The notes beneath the pieces were generated by a model, which saw only the letters and a list, made by a program, of their open reading frames with translations, did no database searches and was not told where the DNA came from. A program made the position numbers and the translations under genes. Shown here piece by piece: positions 47,268-60,500 of a stretch of DNA of 64,000 bases (its first letter is position 1; each line of letters starts with the position of its first letter). The DNA is taken from the NCBI GenBank assembly GCA_965202585.1, contig OZ241829.1, positions 32,178,001-32,242,000 on the forward strand. The letters run 5' to 3'. This stretch comes from Thalia democratica (taxonomy: Eukaryota).

Positions 47268-49851
47268 TTGTAGAAAATAAAATTATATGAAGCAAACTTT
47301 TATTTGTGTTTAAAATATAGCAATTAAAATTGGGCTGTGTTGAAGCAGATTTTTGCAAATACCAAAAGTTATGCTTTCTTTTTTTTTTCTGGTTTTGAAA
47401 CTTAAGCTTACAAAAACTGACCATGACATTTTAATTCTTGTACCACGACATTAATGTAGTGACTTTTCAACTTTTTATACAATTTAGCATTGAATTAATT
47501 TTTATTTTATTTTATCTTTTAAATAAAATATTCAATAAACTTTAATAGTACTAATGCTGATATAGTGAGATATCAATGTTTGTTAGTCAAGTTAAACTTC
47601 ATTACGAAAAAATAATTCATTTTATTCTGAACTTATAACCTATTAACTCAAAGTTAGCTAAGGTCTAACCATTATCTCTTATTTTAAAAATTTACTTTGT
47701 TTCTTGTTTTAAAAAGCTAAGCAATAGTTAATATCTACTAATTATATCTACAAAAGTAATAAATGTAAGTTTTTTAAACTATTTACTTCTTGTCTCTTTT
47801 CTAACTTGGGTTTTTTTTCTCAAAGTAACAACCAACAATTTTTTTACTTAAAATATCTGCTAAGCAAGTAACCGAAAAAGACTAGACACACCTGAATAGC
47901 GTACTGCTTTGCTGAAGATTTCTATCAATAAACTCCAAGAAAGTCATACAAATATTATTTACTGATTGGGAAAATGGCAGGTTAAAATTTAGTTTCATTT
48001 AACTGGTTTCTTTTCTTAATAAGTAGATAGTTTTTTATCTTTGTTGGATTTTAGCGTCTATTTAGAGTTGAAAGTAATGTCAGATTTAGTTTTTGCGGTA
48101 CAGTTTATTTTCGTTGTTTAGTATACATTTAGTTTAGCAAACTTGTTTATATTGACACTAATTTCGACAAAATTAGTTTTTAGCGTGTTAAAGCATTTTT
48201 TTTATTTTGTAGCTTGTTTTAAATAATAAAAAAAAGGTAAAGTAACTTTGTTTATAAACTGAGTAATTAAAATTTATACTTATATTATAAAAAAAAAAGA
48301 TGTATACCCGCCGATAAGTAAGACGTAAGTAACCAAAAAAAAAAAAAAAGTAAATGACCCGTCCCCGTGTTAATAATTTTTAAGGATAACTATTATTTAA
48401 AATTTCCCTCTTACTTTTGAAAAATACTCATATCATGTTTGAGTTAAAGTTTTTGTCAGTTTAATACATTTAGTGTAACAAAAGTAAAACAACAAAGACA
48501 TTAGTTGCAAAAGAAACAGCTATTGATTTATCAACATGTTAATTTTTACTTAGTTTTTATACAATATTCTTTTAATTCAATAAGTTTTTTTAGAGTTAAT
48601 TTTTAAAAACCTTAAATTTTTAAGTAGTAGTTTTCAGAAATTTACAATAAGTATATAAAAGTTTTTATGTTGTTTTATAACAACCAGTTTTACTAAACTT
48701 TTCTGATTTGGAATTAAACTACTAGTAATGTTTGATATATATTTACTTTACTTTTTTTTTTACATGCTTAGTTTTTTTTCTGCAAAAATTTTTTAAAATG
48801 CTTTTGTTAATTTTATTAGAAACTTCTTCTGGTATAGTTTTTTCAAAGTTGTATATTTTCATTCCTTATTATTATCAATTAAACAACATTATCATGATAG
48901 ATGTCAGAGTTACATTTACCAGTAAACTCTATTTATTCGTTATACTCTTTATAGTAATGGTTTTATATATTTATAATACATTACAATTCATCAAATTACA
49001 CTCTCAAAGAATGCAAAAAAAAAAAACTGTAAACTATAGACTAAAACTAAAATTTCACGATGCTAAAGATTTTTAAAGAAAAAGTTTCCCTAAGGTAATT
49101 AGTAAAAAACATTATCCATTGTAGTTTTAACCATTTAGTAACATAAATGCATGTCAAATCATAATCCCACAACCACTTCTCATTTTACTCACAAATCCTA
49201 TGGAAAGTTTTAAAAAGTCTAACACAGACAACCTTTTTTATTCATTATTATGCAATTAGTTATTTTATTGTTGTAACCAACAATCACAAAGTGTTAAACT
49301 CTATCCAAGTGGTGTAGACTTAATAACCAAGAGGTTTTTCATACACCAGGTCCTAGGATAAATTTTTTGAAGCAAGTTATTCTGTGGTTCAATAATACAA
49401 CTATTGTTAAGTTGTAGTCGTTGTGTAGAGATTTTTTTTAGTTAATATAATGATAATTTTTTTTTCTTCTTTTGGTCATAAATTTTTTATTTTTTTTTAA
49501 TCCTTAGAATAATTTCATTTATTGCAAGGTACATTCCCTAAAAATTTGAGGTCAAAGCTTAAAAAATGTAGGACAAAACAGATTTTTATTGAATTTTTCA
49601 AAACTCTAAGAAAATCGATATTGAAAATTTTTAATTCCATATGTTTATATTAGAAGTTTTACAGACCTGGTTATTATAATACAGTTAAAAGTTGATTGAA
49701 TTTTTCTGTTCTATTAAGAGTATCTTTAGTATATATTATAATCTTTCTAATTAGAGCTAATGTTAATTTTTGTAAAAAAAAAACACACTTGACGCCTATG
49801 CCCTTGAATTTAAAAAAACTTTAATAATAAAAAATGGTAAGGACTCTTTTT

Positions 49852-50439
49852 GGTAATTTCCTAGGATGATTTCGCACCAATATCAAAGCAAAAATATTTT
49901 ACACTTTCTAATTTTATATTCTGATAAGACAAGTATAAAATTGAAATATAGGGAACATGATTACTCAATTTTGGACAATAAACTTTTGTTGAATAGTTTT
50001 TATCAGTTGTTTTTTTTAATTATCACTGTTACCCTTAACCCTTACTCCTGATTGGTAGCTTTTTTTTTAAATTTATTTTTCAATTTTCTTTTTTTATAAT
50101 ATTTTTTATTAGTTTATTATATTACTATCATTGCTACCCCTAACCCTTATTTTTGATCGGTAGTTTGTTTTGATTTTTAATTAATTTACCTTTCAGTTTT
50201 ATTTTTTAAAATACTTTCTATTAGTTATTTTTATCTTTACTATCACTGTTACCCCTTACCCTCGATCGGTAGCTTTTTTAATCAAAAATTCATTTTATTT
50301 ACCTTAAGGTCTCATTGATTAAGGTATAGTTTAGATTTAGAGCTTTTCAACTCTATACTTGTCTTATCAGAATGTAAAATTAGAAAGTGTAAAATATTTT
50401 TGCTTTGATATTGGTGGGAAATCATCCTAGGAAATTACC
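49852..50439. mobile_element. Long-TIR MITE (MULE- or Merlin-like) carrying three ~110-bp internal repeats
   Basis: TIRs of about 95 bp begin GGTAATTTCCTAGGATGATTTC with few mismatches, flanks CTCTTTTT/CTCTTTTC, internal units ATCACTGTTACCC(C)TTA(A)CCCT…GATCGGTAGC. Confidence 0.85.
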
Positions 50440-51540
50440 CTCTTTTCAACCTATTTCTGTCAATACACAGAAGATTGACAGGTACGAATATATTTTTTTG
50501 ACTAAAAATTTAAATTAAGAGATATAATTATTTGTTTACAGCTGGGTTTTTTTCTTTCAAAGCCATATTTTTTTGTTGTTAAGTATTTTAAAAGTTTTGT
50601 AAGCAATTGATGTCAAAATAAAGGTTTGCAACAACTACACAAAATACTTTTATATAGCTATTTTTTACCATTTTTATTTTATGTGATTCCTTTGATATGT
50701 TTCTACTAGAAAATAACAAAAAATATTGAAAAGTTGAAAATGTTTCAATATATTTTTTTATGCAACTCAAGGGTGCTTTTGAAAAAGTTAAACAGTTTAT
50801 TCAAGGTCATATAGCTCAAAAGTCCTGAAGTAAACTTTTGTTTGAGTCTCTTCCCCTTTTTTTTGAATGAATAATTTGAAAGGAAAAAAAATACTACAGA
50901 AAAATTTGTTTCATATATTGAATATTTTAAACACTAATTAGGTTTAAAAAATAACAGTAAAAAGTATTCTAACTTTTTGAGCTTTTGAAAAACTTTTTTA
51001 TTTTCTAGTAAAAACTATTCCAGATGAACAAAATGGTAAAAAAGTATTCATAAACAGGCATTGATTATCTTCTGATGAAAAGGCAGTTTTGGTTGAAAAC
51101 AAAAAGTTTTGTTAGGCAAAGTTACTTGCATGTATACTAAAAAACTTGTATGCCTATTTCTGAAGACCTAAATAAATATAAATTTTAATTTCAAGTTAGA
51201 TTGTTGCTTAATACAAAAATTCAGAACTGTATTCTGAAATTAAAACTATGCATTTTAAGTAATTTTGCAAATTATTATTTGATATTTTCAATATGTTTTT
51301 TCAAATAGCTTTTGAACTGGAAAATAGAAATAACAGGTTGCATTTAAACTTACTGAATTATGAAATGCTGGAAGCAGAAAAGAAACAAAACAAGTTTTGT
51401 TATAAAAAGATCCAGTTTTATTCCTATATTTTTAACACTAGGTTTGATTTTCTAAAATAATTCTCTAAAAAGTATATCACTGTCTGACCACCCCAATTCA
51501 GCTAACTGTGCAATATTGACAATAAAAAACACAGTTCACT

Positions 51541-54500
51541 ATGGGTAACACACCATTACACCCCTCAGAAAGAAATGATTATGGTTTCTACCAGATAAAC
51601 TACAAGAAAGTCAACAAACAACTTAATAGTTTAATAAGAATAAATGGTACTTATAAGTTAGCTAAAAAATATAAATTTACACATAGTAACTTTTTATTAT
51701 TTTCATAAGAATAATAAAAAGTTTATGTCTTTTTAGAAATGACTATAGAAATTGTAAATTGCTAAATTTTTACAAACTTTCTATAAAAGCTTTGAAAAAC
51801 AAAATAAAATGAAAAGTAGTGAACTGATGGTATATAGTTTTTTATCATGAAAACTTAACACTAAAGTATTACTAACAGTGTGTTTTATCACTAACTTAAA
51901 CAATTGTTTAGTTAATGTGTCCATTTTAAAACAAAATTAATACATACTTAGAAATTTTACTCTCATCTACTGGAATATTAACAAAAACTACCACATACTC
52001 AGGACACTCAGGATATTTTGAAATTTTAAAAATCTCAGGACAGCTCAATATATTTTAAACTTTATTTTTAAACTCAGGCTACTCAAGAAATATTTTTTTT
52101 CAATAAAGAACTTAAGATAGTTTTAAGATTTTTGAAATATCTTAGGACAGATATATATTATTTCAAATAAGTTTTAGATGGTTTTGTTTAGATATTTTTA
52201 TTTATTTTGTAACGGTTAAAAAGCTAGATTTTGATTAATTTTTAGAATTTAAAATATTTTTGTACTTAATAGGAATCCACATTTTAATTTCTAACAAATT
52301 ATGCATATTCAAAAAAGAATATGGTATTTGTTTAAGTTATTGACTAAATATAACATTTCAATTGTGTTTAAATTGACTATTTGTTGTACTTAGTTAATGT
52401 CTAGTACAAGCAATTTCAACAGTTTTAACAATTAGTTTTAATTGTATAAGCAAGTTGTTGTTTTTAACAATTTTTTACACCTTACTAATAAGTTTGAACT
52501 GAAAGTTAAGTATGATAAAAATTAAATAGCTATTTTTTTTGTTTTTTATTAAATTTCCTAAAAATGTCTAAAAATGTATTTTTGATCTTACACAGTTAAA
52601 TGTGATGCTTTTTGGATACGTTTCTTTCAACAAATATTATTTGTGATTTTTTAGTCATTTGTTTTTTTTTTTACAAATTTTTCAAGTTAAAGCCTCCTTT
52701 AATCCCATTTAAGTACATAACTTACTACAAACATACATTTAAAAATTAAAGGTTACTTTGTTTTGTGTACCTTGCTTTAATTTAAATTTAAAGAAGAGTG
52801 CTTTTGAAAAAACACTTGAAAATAAAATAATTTTTTTTTATCATTCTTATTAGTTCAACTAGAAGAAAAACAATTGTTTTGAATGTCTTATGATTCTTTA
52901 AGGTCAAGACAGTGCACTAAACTGTAAAAGAGTTGAAAAAACAAACATATTTTGATTTAACCATATTGTTAGAAGCAGCTTAAAAGCTTTGAAATAAATT
53001 ATAAGTGTACATGATCAAGTTTTAATTACCACAAAAAAACTCATGATATTTCTGGAAAATTTCAGTTAAAAACACCTCATAACAAAGTAAAAATAACCAG
53101 TTATATCAATCTTTAATATTTAACTAATGACATACCTTTTTTAATTATATATTCAGATGTATGTAAAGCATATAGTTTGTAATAAATATAAACACACACT
53201 ATTTTCAAAGTTATTTTTAATGATTTTTTTTTTAATTTTTTAAAGAGCTATTTAAATAGGTTATGAGCATATATATTTAAAAGTGTACAACATGCCACTT
53301 TAGAAGAATATAAGAATAGATTTAACGTATTATAATTTTGTGCAGGAAAACTAATTGAAGTATTTATTATATGATTTTAAATAATCTTGGAAAATGTTCT
53401 ACCTGTATCATATTTGTTAAAAATAAGTAACAAAAGAATCATAATTTAACATTATAAGTAGTTTTTTCAAAAATGTTATTATTTTTTTAATTTGTAACAC
53501 TACTACTTATGTAACACAATCCTTGAACTATTGAATTAGTCACTGAAAAAAAAAGTTGCATGACAACTTCATTGTTTGTCTAGAGAGTCATGATAATCTT
53601 TACTACAAACTTAAAAATTCAAACTGGTAATATTAACGTAGTAGTCAATAATAAAAAAAAAAATTTGTTTAAATTGTGTTTCAACTGTGAATAAAGAATT
53701 TGTATAAACTTTTCTGTAAAATTTTCAAAAAACTTTACTTTTAGTTCTACTTTTTCAAAATTAACTCTTTGAGTTCAATAAATTCCTTATGAGAGGTTAA
53801 AAATAAATGGAAAAAAGTTAAGTTAATCTTCTTCATTATTAAAACTATGTTTTAAAAATTTATACAGTTAGTTTGTTACTGTGTTAGATAATTTTACTTA
53901 GTTTTTATTTTTTGAAAACCACGCTTATTTTTTGTTTAAGAGTTCTTAAACTATAATTGACTATAAAAGTCTGTAGCTAGATAATAGTGAAGTGCTCAAT
54001 CAAGCGTGAGCGATTATAGAGTTCTTAAACATAGTATATCAAGTAATTTACTAATTGTAGTTAAAATTATTGTAAAATTAAGATTGGAAACTTATAATTC
54101 CAAAAGTTTAAAAATTAAAATCATTTGGGACGTTTTTGATAGAAAGTTACACAGTGATTAGGTAATGTATATAAACATAATTTAGTACATATAGAAAAAC
54201 ATAAACAAATTGAAATAGTTTTTTTTGTAAAAAGAAATACAAACACAAGTTTTTTTTACAACCTGGGCATGTTCTGTATATTCAAAACTAAGCTCACAGT
54301 AGCTTTTTAGCATTTTTAGAAATTCAAAAAAGTAGTTGAAGTATAACTAGTCAAAGTTTAAGGGTTAAATACAGGGTTGCCACTTTACCTAGAAAAACCT
54401 GGAATTTGACAATTTAGACAAAAACAAATGGAAAACCTGGAATTAAAAAAAAAACATGTAAAGTAGATTTTTTTTATTATAAAACACATTTGAAATAGCT

Positions 54501-57500
54501 TTGCAGTATTTTTTCAATATTTTTATACTATTTAACAGTTTTTTTTACGTTAGACTTAAGTTTAAACTAAAAGGAGACCCAAAAACAAGTACTTTAAAAA
54601 ATCTGGAAGAAATTTTGAAAACCTAGAGAAAATTTGCCAAAATTCAGTGACAACCCTGTAAATAGTTTGGTCAAAGAAAGTTAAGATTAAATGATAACTA
54701 AACATTACTTTTTGCTGTATTTTATTAATTAATGAATTTATCAATAGCTAAATTTAAAAAAATCTACAATTAAAAATATTGTATGCATATAAATAGAGTA
54801 TTTAAAGTCCTGTTTACCTTTTAGTTATTAAGTTTATAAATTTAATACTTGTTTCATTGATAAACATTTAAATATGCCTAATGAAGTTATTAATCTTTTA
54901 TTACTCATTTTATTTTTTTATAATAGTTTGACTAAGCCATTAGTTGCCTAAACTTTACTTCAAACTGTTAGTATTAGTTTTACATAACAGTTAACCTTTT
55001 TTAATTTTTCAGTTTTACATATTTTAAAAGGCTTTGATAGTATTATCAAATTGTCATTGCAAAATTTTTTCAATGGAGTTTTTAAGTTCTGAAAGTAATA
55101 ATGGAGGTTAGTGCTTGTTTTGTTACTTAAAAGATCATTTAATACACAACAAAAAATTTACCAGCTTAAAAAGTGTTTTTTTTTTAATGTTTACTTTTCA
55201 AGGAATTTACAACATAATTTCAAAAACATATTTTTATCAAGTAAGGAGTTTAGTGTACTATAAATGATAGTTATGTTGTTTCAGCCCCAATTAACAAAAG
55301 ACAAAGGATGTCTCCTGAAAAAGTTGAGTGTACAACTTCAAGAAATGTAGTTGTTATAGATCAACAATCAGCATCTGAAAGTGAAAATGACAAGCAAATC
55401 AACAACAACAACAATGGTTTATTTATTTGGAATTTTTAGACTAGATTTTTTTCTTGATCAACAAAATGTCTCAACATTTTATTGTTAAGTTGTAACAGTT
55501 TAACAATCAATCAACATCATAAAATAAAGCAAATACTTAGGTTTTGAAATTTTTATTGCAAGTATAATCATTTTTAAATTGTACTATAAAACAGAAAAAA
55601 ACTTGTTATTAAATCTAAATAAATGTTTAAACACCATACTAAGTAATGTGTTTAATGTGAAAAATCTTTTTAAAAGCTCAAGGCTAAGGGAGCTTTAAAT
55701 TTTTTGTTTAAAAGTTATTTAAATTTGAGAATTAAACATAAAACATTTTTGCCTATAAGAAAATAAAAGCTCTTAATTTTTTTTTACTTTTTGGTAATTA
55801 TCAAAATAGTTTACTTAAAAATTCATATTTATACAAATGCATAGTTGCCAACTTGCATTCAAATAGGTGCCTACTGCAACTTTGTTTTAGAATGATATTT
55901 TCTTTTTAATGAGGCTTTTTGAAACCTAGTATAAATATTATTTAAGTTTTTGAACTTTAACTGTGATGTTTGACGCAGATTTGCACACTCTAACTAACTC
56001 AGGTCAGTTTGAAATTTGAAAAAATCAAAACTAACTTGACCAATTTGAGCATTTTTGATTCTTCTGAAAAAAAAACAGACTAATTTAGAGTAAATTTTAA
56101 AGTTTACAAGTTTAATCTTGCACTAATTTTTGTTGAAACTTTAATGAAGTTGGGTTGACTCCGTTATAAATTTTTTTTTTGAATAGCTTATTTCATTCTT
56201 AAATCTTATATTATTTTGTTGATTTTAAATTATAATAGATAACATTTTTAGCCTTGCTGCTAGCTTTATTTCGGTTTAACTTTTTTTTTTCAAGTAATGC
56301 AACTAAGAATATGTTAATAAAATTGGTTACAAATATAGCTTACTGAAATATAATTTAAAAAATATTAAAATAAGTCAATTAAGAAATAATTTATTCCACA
56401 CTTAATTTGCAATATATAATTGTGCTGTAAAGTTGAGTATTTTGGTTTGATAGATTAGTTTAAAGGTTTGATAAACTAAGTGTAAAATTTAATACTGCTG
56501 TTCAAAAATATAAAATCAACATGCCTACTTCTAATTCTAAAAATGATTTTTTAAATCTCAACTTTTTAAAACTTTAAAGGTTTTAAGCCTTTAAAAAGGT
56601 ATATTTTAAAGCATTTTGTAAATACAAGTGTTTAAGTATACATTACAGTCATGCTTTTTGTGGTTTTAGAATAAAACAAAGTAATATAGAATTTGAGCCT
56701 AAAAAAATTGCACTGAAATTCAGAATAAAGTTTTTCAAATATAGATTTGGCTAGTTTTTTTTGTTTAAAAGTAATAAACCAAGTTGAAAAAAGTATATTT
56801 TATATAACTACTAAATTTCGAAAACTTAATTTTTTGTAAATGTTGACAGAGGTTTTCCTGGACATAAAATAAACCTTTTATGGCTTTTGTTTTGTATGAT
56901 AAAAATCAAGTTAATTTAGATCATTTTTAGACTAAAACGTTTTTGTAATGTTAGTTTTCTAGTTTTGAAAAATAAATAGGATTATTAATTTATTTAAAAC
57001 AGAATAAATAGTAAGTCTGTTTTTGTAGCATTAGTTTTTTTGACAATTATTCATTTCAGTTTACCTTTCTACAATTATAAAATACTTATTGCCCGAACTG
57101 AAGCAAACCAGTTAGATTAAGAACAGGGTTCGTGCGCGTCAGGCTAAGTCAGGCTAAATCAGGCTAAATCAGTTTTTTTGAAAAAAGTTGAAAAACGTCA
57201 GGCTAAATCAGTTTTTGTGTTTAAAAATTTGAGAATCTCAGTTTTTGTCAGTTCAAATGTATGAAATTTTTTTAATTAAGATCAAATTGAGATGTGAATT
57301 TATTTCTAAATAAAGATTTAGTTATTAAAGACAAAATCAGTCAGTATTTGTAAAAATAAGCGCTTAAAACCTTTTGTTGAATCTCTAAAATAATTTTAAG
57401 AATCTTCATTATTTTGTTTTTAGTAGATTATATATGTCGTAATTATAAAAATTCATAAAAAAGTACAGTTTAAACATTACAGTTTAGTTCAACAACTTGA

Positions 57501-60500
57501 CTGTTTGTTTGAATTTGTTTACATGAGCTTTGTTTTTCAGAGCTTATTTGGTTAAACTGTTTTAATTTCTAATATAAAGGCTTTATACCAAATACTTTAT
57601 AGATTAATACTCTTAGCAGTTTGTTCATATATTTTATTATCTGTTTATTCAAAGTTATTAGAGATATTCACAAGACTAAAAAATTACTTGTGTAATATCA
57701 TGGTTATTTTAATTAGTTATTTTAAAAATTAAGATGCTTTAATGATAACATAAAGTTTTTGAGAGATGTGTTTAATTACATTTTGTTTTTCTTTTACAGA
57801 CTTATTCACATTTCTGTTTTAATTAATAAAAGCTTTTGGTCCAGTCATGTAACTTATAATTGACGAATTCAAGTACTAATTGACACGAACCTTGTATATG
57901 GGTGATAAGTGGTGGATGTAACTAAGCCCCAAAATTTAATAAAGGTATGAATTCATTGAAGCAGAAATTATAATGACCATTTAAAAATATTCAAGTTGCT
58001 GGGTGAGGGATTGATAGATGTTGAAAAATAATTCATTTATATTTTTATTTTCTTCAAAAGTAGTTTTGTGAATACTTTTATTGTGTTAATTTGCTATTTA
58101 AGACCCCCCGATACCCAAAATGCCTTCTGAAAGTGATTTTTTCTACTTTGAAAAAATGTCAGGCTAAATAGGTCTCTGTCAGGCTAAATGAAAAGGAATT
58201 TCGCGCACGAACCCTGTAAGAACCAGTTAGAACTTTAATACTAGGTGCATGAAAATAAATAATAATTGGAATAAAATAATATTATAATAAGCAAATGTTT
58301 AATAAAAATCAAAGAACTTTTAAGTAATTTTTTGTGACATAAGTATTGGTAAAAAAAGTTTGGATTATATTTAAACTTAAGTGATATATACACTGGATTT
58401 TAGTACTTTGAAAGAAATAGTTTTTGATAATTTAACAAAAAATATTTTTATGCGAAGTTTAAAATAGTTTGGTAAATTTTCTTTAAATAAGTTATAATTT
58501 TTAAAGAAACACAGATAAAGAAGATTTTAAATGACTGCTGATTTAGGGAATAAATATTTTCCCACACTTCTCCTAGTATTTATTATGTTCTAGAAAAATT
58601 GAATTTAAGATTAATATAATTGGGACTAAACATGTTTTGTTTATTCAATATTAAATGTTATTTAAATAATAAAATATTTTAAATATTTTTTTTACAAAAA
58701 ATGTACAACTAATTGTTTTATAGCTATAACAATTTGAAAATTTAAACATATGCTAAACTAATTACATATACCAACCATATTTACTTAAATAAGTTGCTCT
58801 AGGCTAAATAGGATGTAATAAAAAGTTAGCATTTATACTAAACCAAAAGATCTCCAGCAAAATTAGTTTATTATGGCTAAAATTAGATCTTAGTAAAGCG
58901 ATGTGATAAACAGCTAAACCATCCTCTGCAATTTAGATACCGTTGATGAAGTAAACAAAAGAAAAACAGCACAGATGATATCTTTAAGAACTCTTTTAAG
59001 TACAACCTTTCCGCAGGGTATCAACAACAAAAGTGCGGTAAGCTGTCAATAGTTTCTTGATAGTGAACAGTAAGCTTAATTTGTATGTTTCAAAAAGTTA
59101 TTTTGAAACATTTTATTTAACCTGATTAAATGTTTTTTTATTTACTATAATTTTTTAAATCTTTTTACAAACTCATGCAGACATTGAACGGGGGAAATTC
59201 ATCAACTTTCCAGTTTAACATCTCGCCCCCTCTTGATAAAAGCAACAATTTGAAAGTTGATGAGGAGTTGTGCGTCGTGTGCGGCGATAAATCGAGTGGT
59301 GTGTTTTCATTAACTGTTTTCCAATTACCTTCTTTTGTCTGGACATTTTAGTTTGAAACTATAATGTTTATTGCTGCCTTCAATTTAATTTTGTTATATG
59401 TAATTTTTAATCAAAACTAAAAACACTAGAAATTAGTATTATGTAGGTTTTAACAAAAGCTTTAAATAAAAATAATACTGAGTCATAAAATAGATCAAAG
59501 CAATACAACGAATTTTTGTTATCCGAAGCAATGTGAATTTCAATTAAAACTATCGCTAATAATACTTTATTGTTACTATTTTTTAGAGGATCATATCAAA
59601 AAAGTATTTTGTAAACTTTAAAGACCTCAAAAACTTTTTTAAATTACTAAGTTTGATCCCTTAGAATCTCAACAATTGCTTTGAATTTTTACAAGTTTTA
59701 AAAGGCATCTACTGATTACAAGTAATTTTTAAGTCTAGAAAACAAGATTTGTTGAAAAAAACTAAATATTAACCATTTTAAAACTATTTACAGTACTAAC
59801 AGGGTGGCCACTAAACCTGAAATCCTGGGATTTGAGAAATTTTGGAAAAAAACAGGAAAAAACCTAGAAATTTTGAACAAAATCACTAAAAAACCTGGAA
59901 AATTTGGAATTTTAAACAATTTTTATATGTTAAGTAGTAAAATTTTGAATTAATACGAAAAATATATTATAAAGATTAAAAAAATTGTCATCATTAACAT
60001 TTTTTTACTTCTAAAAACATTTATAGTAGCTTTAAGTTATCTTTTTTAATGTTGTTATACTACGTTTATACACACAGTTTTTAACCTTAAACTAAAAATA
60101 GACCCAAAAACTTGTACTTTTGAAATCCGGGAAGATATTCAGAAAAGCTTAAAAAAATTTTCAAAACCAGTAACCAAGTACGAATTACAAAGTTAAGGTC
60201 TTCAAAACGAGATCACGTGAAAAAAAAGAACCAATTTTATTTTCTGTTTTTTTTTTCGCCACGCAGGCAGGCACTACGGAGCGCGCACGTGCGAGGGCTG
60301 CAAGGGATTCTTCAAGCGCAGCATCAGGAAGGGCATGAGGTACGAATGCAGGAGGGAGGGCAGCTGCAGGGTGGACAAGACTTGCAGGAACAGGTGCCAG
60401 CACTGCAGGCTGAACAAGTGCCTCTACATGGGCATGAACAAGGACTGTGAGTTTCAGTTTGTTGCACGTTTGTATTGTTGTTTGCTGCTTTCCGCTTCTA

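Noticed and set aside
49151-49349. Possible further upstream NR2C exons (49151-49206, 49260-49349)
   Set aside because: 49260-49349 could join 51535 in phase 0, but I found no consistent start or upstream junction. It is too ambiguous without RNA data.
51072-51105. CTGATGA…GAAA resembling a hammerhead
   Set aside because: None of stems I, II or III can form. The same applies to CTGANGA hits near 22466, 34455 and 36289.
60185-60450. ORFs 60185-60403 (-) and 60217-60450 (+)
   Set aside because: They are alternative frames over the NR2C DBD exon.
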